64,000 bases of DNA. Source: Eledone cirrhosa. Its lineage: Eukaryota. Shown in pieces: positions 62,201 to 64,000 of this stretch. Within the stretch, counting starts at the first letter, position 1; each line of letters opens with the position of its first letter. The stretch spans positions 346,704,001 through 346,768,000 of the forward strand of contig OZ024742.1 in assembly GCA_964016885.1 (NCBI GenBank), written 5' to 3'. A model generated the notes under the pieces. That model was not told the DNA's origin and did not search any database. It saw only the letters and a program-made list of their open reading frames with translations. Position numbers and translations under genes: made by a program.

Positions 62201-62980
62201 CTTGTATTATAAGCCAACATTAAGATACTTGTATTATAAGCCCACATTAAGGTACTTGTAATATAAGCCTTCATTAAGATACTTGTAATATAAGTCTACA
62301 TTAAGATACTTGTAATATAAGCCTCCATTAAGATACTTGTATTATAAGCCTGCATTAAGATACTTGTATTATAAGCCTACATTAAGATACTTGTAATATA
62401 AGCCTACATTAAGATACGTGTAAAATAAGCCAACATTAAGATACTTGTAATATAAGCTTACATTAAGATACTCGTAATATAAGCCTACATTAAAATACTT
62501 GTAATATAAGCCAACATTAAGATATTTGTATTATAAGCCTACATTAAGATACTTGTAATATAAGCCTACATTAAGATAATTGTATTATAAGCCTACATTA
62601 AGATACTTGTAATATAAACCTAAATTAAGATACTTGTATTATAAGCCCACATTAAGATACTTGTAATATAAGCCAACATTAAGATACTTGTATTATAAGC
62701 CTACATTAAGATACTTGGAATATAAGCCTTCATTAAGATACTTGTATTATAAGCCAACATTAAGATACTTGTATTATAATCCCACATTAAGATACTTGTA
62801 ATATAAGCCTACATTAAGATACTTGTATTATAAGCCCATATTAAGATACTTGTAATATAAGCCTACATTAAGATACTTGTATTATAAGCCCACATTAAGA
62901 TACTTGGAATATAAGCCTACATTAAGATACTTGTATTATAAGCCAATATTAAGATACTTGTAATATAAGCCTAAATTAAG
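58930..62980. repeat. Tandem duplication of a 75-monomer (2025-bp) block
   Basis: CCTCCATGAAG at 59357/61382. The AAGGTAC, CCTAACTT and CCCATATT markers repeat at offset 2025. Confidence 0.9.
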
Positions 62981-64000
62981 ATACTCGTAATATAAGCCTC
63001 CATTAAGATATTTTATTATAAGCCTACATTAAGATACTTGTATTATAAGCCCACATTAAGATACTTGTAATATAAGCCTTCATTAAGATACTTGTAATAT
63101 AAGTCTACATTAAGATACTTGTAATATAAGCCTACATTAAGATACTTGTATTATAAGCCTACATTAAGATACTTGTAATATAAGCCGACATTAAGACACT
63201 TGTAATATAAGCGAAAATTAAGATACTTGTAATATAAGCCCACATTAAGATACTTGTAATATAAGCCTTCATTAAAATACTTGTATTATAAGCCTACATT
63301 AAGATACTTGTAATATAAGCCTACATTAAGATACTTGTATTATAAGCCTACATTAAGATACTTGTAATATAAGCCTAAATTAAGATAGTTGTATTATAAG
63401 CATACATTAAGATACTTGTATTATAAGCCGACATTAAGATACTTGTAATATAAGCCAACATTAAGATACTTGTATTATAAGCCTACATTAAGATACTTGT
63501 AATATAAGCCTCCATTAAGATACTTGTATTATAAGCCTACATTAAGATACTTGTATTATAAGCCCACATTAAGATACTTGTAATATAAGCCAACATTAAG
63601 ATACTTGTATTATAAGCCTACATTAAGATACTTGTAATATAAGCCTCCATTAAGATACTTGTATTATAAGCCTACATTAAGATACTTGTATTATAAGCCC
63701 ACATTAAGATACTTGTAATATAAGCCTTCATTAAGATACTTGTAATATAAGTCTACATTAAGATACTTGTATTATAAGCCCACATTAAGATACTTGTAAT
63801 ATAATCCCACATTAAGATACTTGTAATATAATCCCACGTTAAGATACGTGTAAAATAAGCCAACATTAAGATACTTGTAATATAAGCCTACATTAAGATA
63901 CTCGTAATATAAGCCTACATTAAGATACTTGTAATATAAGCCAACATTAAGATACTTGTAATATAAGCCTACATTAAGATACTTGTAATATAAGCCAACA

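Larger units (their letters stand above)
1..64000. repeat. 27-bp tandem satellite array, consensus TATAAGCCTACATTAAGATACTTGTAW, about 2,370 copies, extending beyond both window edges
   Basis: Directly visible period of 27. The 60-column line pattern recurs every 540 bp (lcm of 27 and 60). Most monomers differ from consensus at 0-2 sites. No interrupting sequence or inversion seen. Confidence 0.99.

Noticed and set aside
1-64000. CRISPR array
   Set aside because: The unit length is CRISPR-like, but repeats abut directly with no unique spacers, leader or cas genes.
1-64000. Long telomerase-type repeat as in Candida or Kluyveromyces
   Set aside because: There is no G-rich strand (3 G vs 4 C per monomer). 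Variants are inherited in kb-scale blocks, indicating recombination and not templated synthesis. A recombination-maintained terminal satellite cannot be excluded without the contig position.
1-64000. TATA-box or -10 (TATAAT) promoter motifs
   Set aside because: These motifs are part of the monomer or its G6>T variant and have no downstream genes.
1-64000. Purely artefactual concatemer (rolling-circle, primer or adapter multimer)
   Set aside because: Long ordered strings of rare variants recur colinearly with nested structure, which random sequencing error on one short template would not produce. Individual duplications may still be misassembled.
1-64000. Variant order as an information-bearing code or diversity cassette system
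   Set aside because: The patterns are adequately explained by point mutation plus in-register duplication, and no associated enzyme gene or expression site is present in the window.

Overview
The whole 64-kb window is one uninterrupted, head-to-tail satellite array. The monomer is 27 bp and about 26% GC (consensus TATAAGCCTACATTAAGATACTTGTAW, W=A/T), with about 2,370 copies all in one orientation. I found no unique sequence, gene, RNA gene, transposon or CRISPR spacer. The listed ORFs are by-products of a monomer length divisible by 3. Rare single-base variants reveal nested duplications whose offsets are exact multiples of 27: 3-, 5-, 8-, 30-, 37-, 75-, 76-, 96-, 106/107-, 116- and 143-monomer units, plus a large duplicated segment (about 13.5-31.3 kb vs 32.2-44.8 kb). 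The 27-bp register shifts only twice, at 1-bp deletions near 3763 and 63010. Variation within the monomer is uneven: the dimorphic W sits at the centre of a 13-bp pseudo-palindrome, and the most variable sites fall on a 3-bp register. This is most likely eukaryotic satellite or heterochromatin DNA from a long-read assembly. The organism and function cannot be determined from the sequence, and I cannot support a claim of a new gene system. Block boundaries were read by eye and are approximate to within a few monomers.
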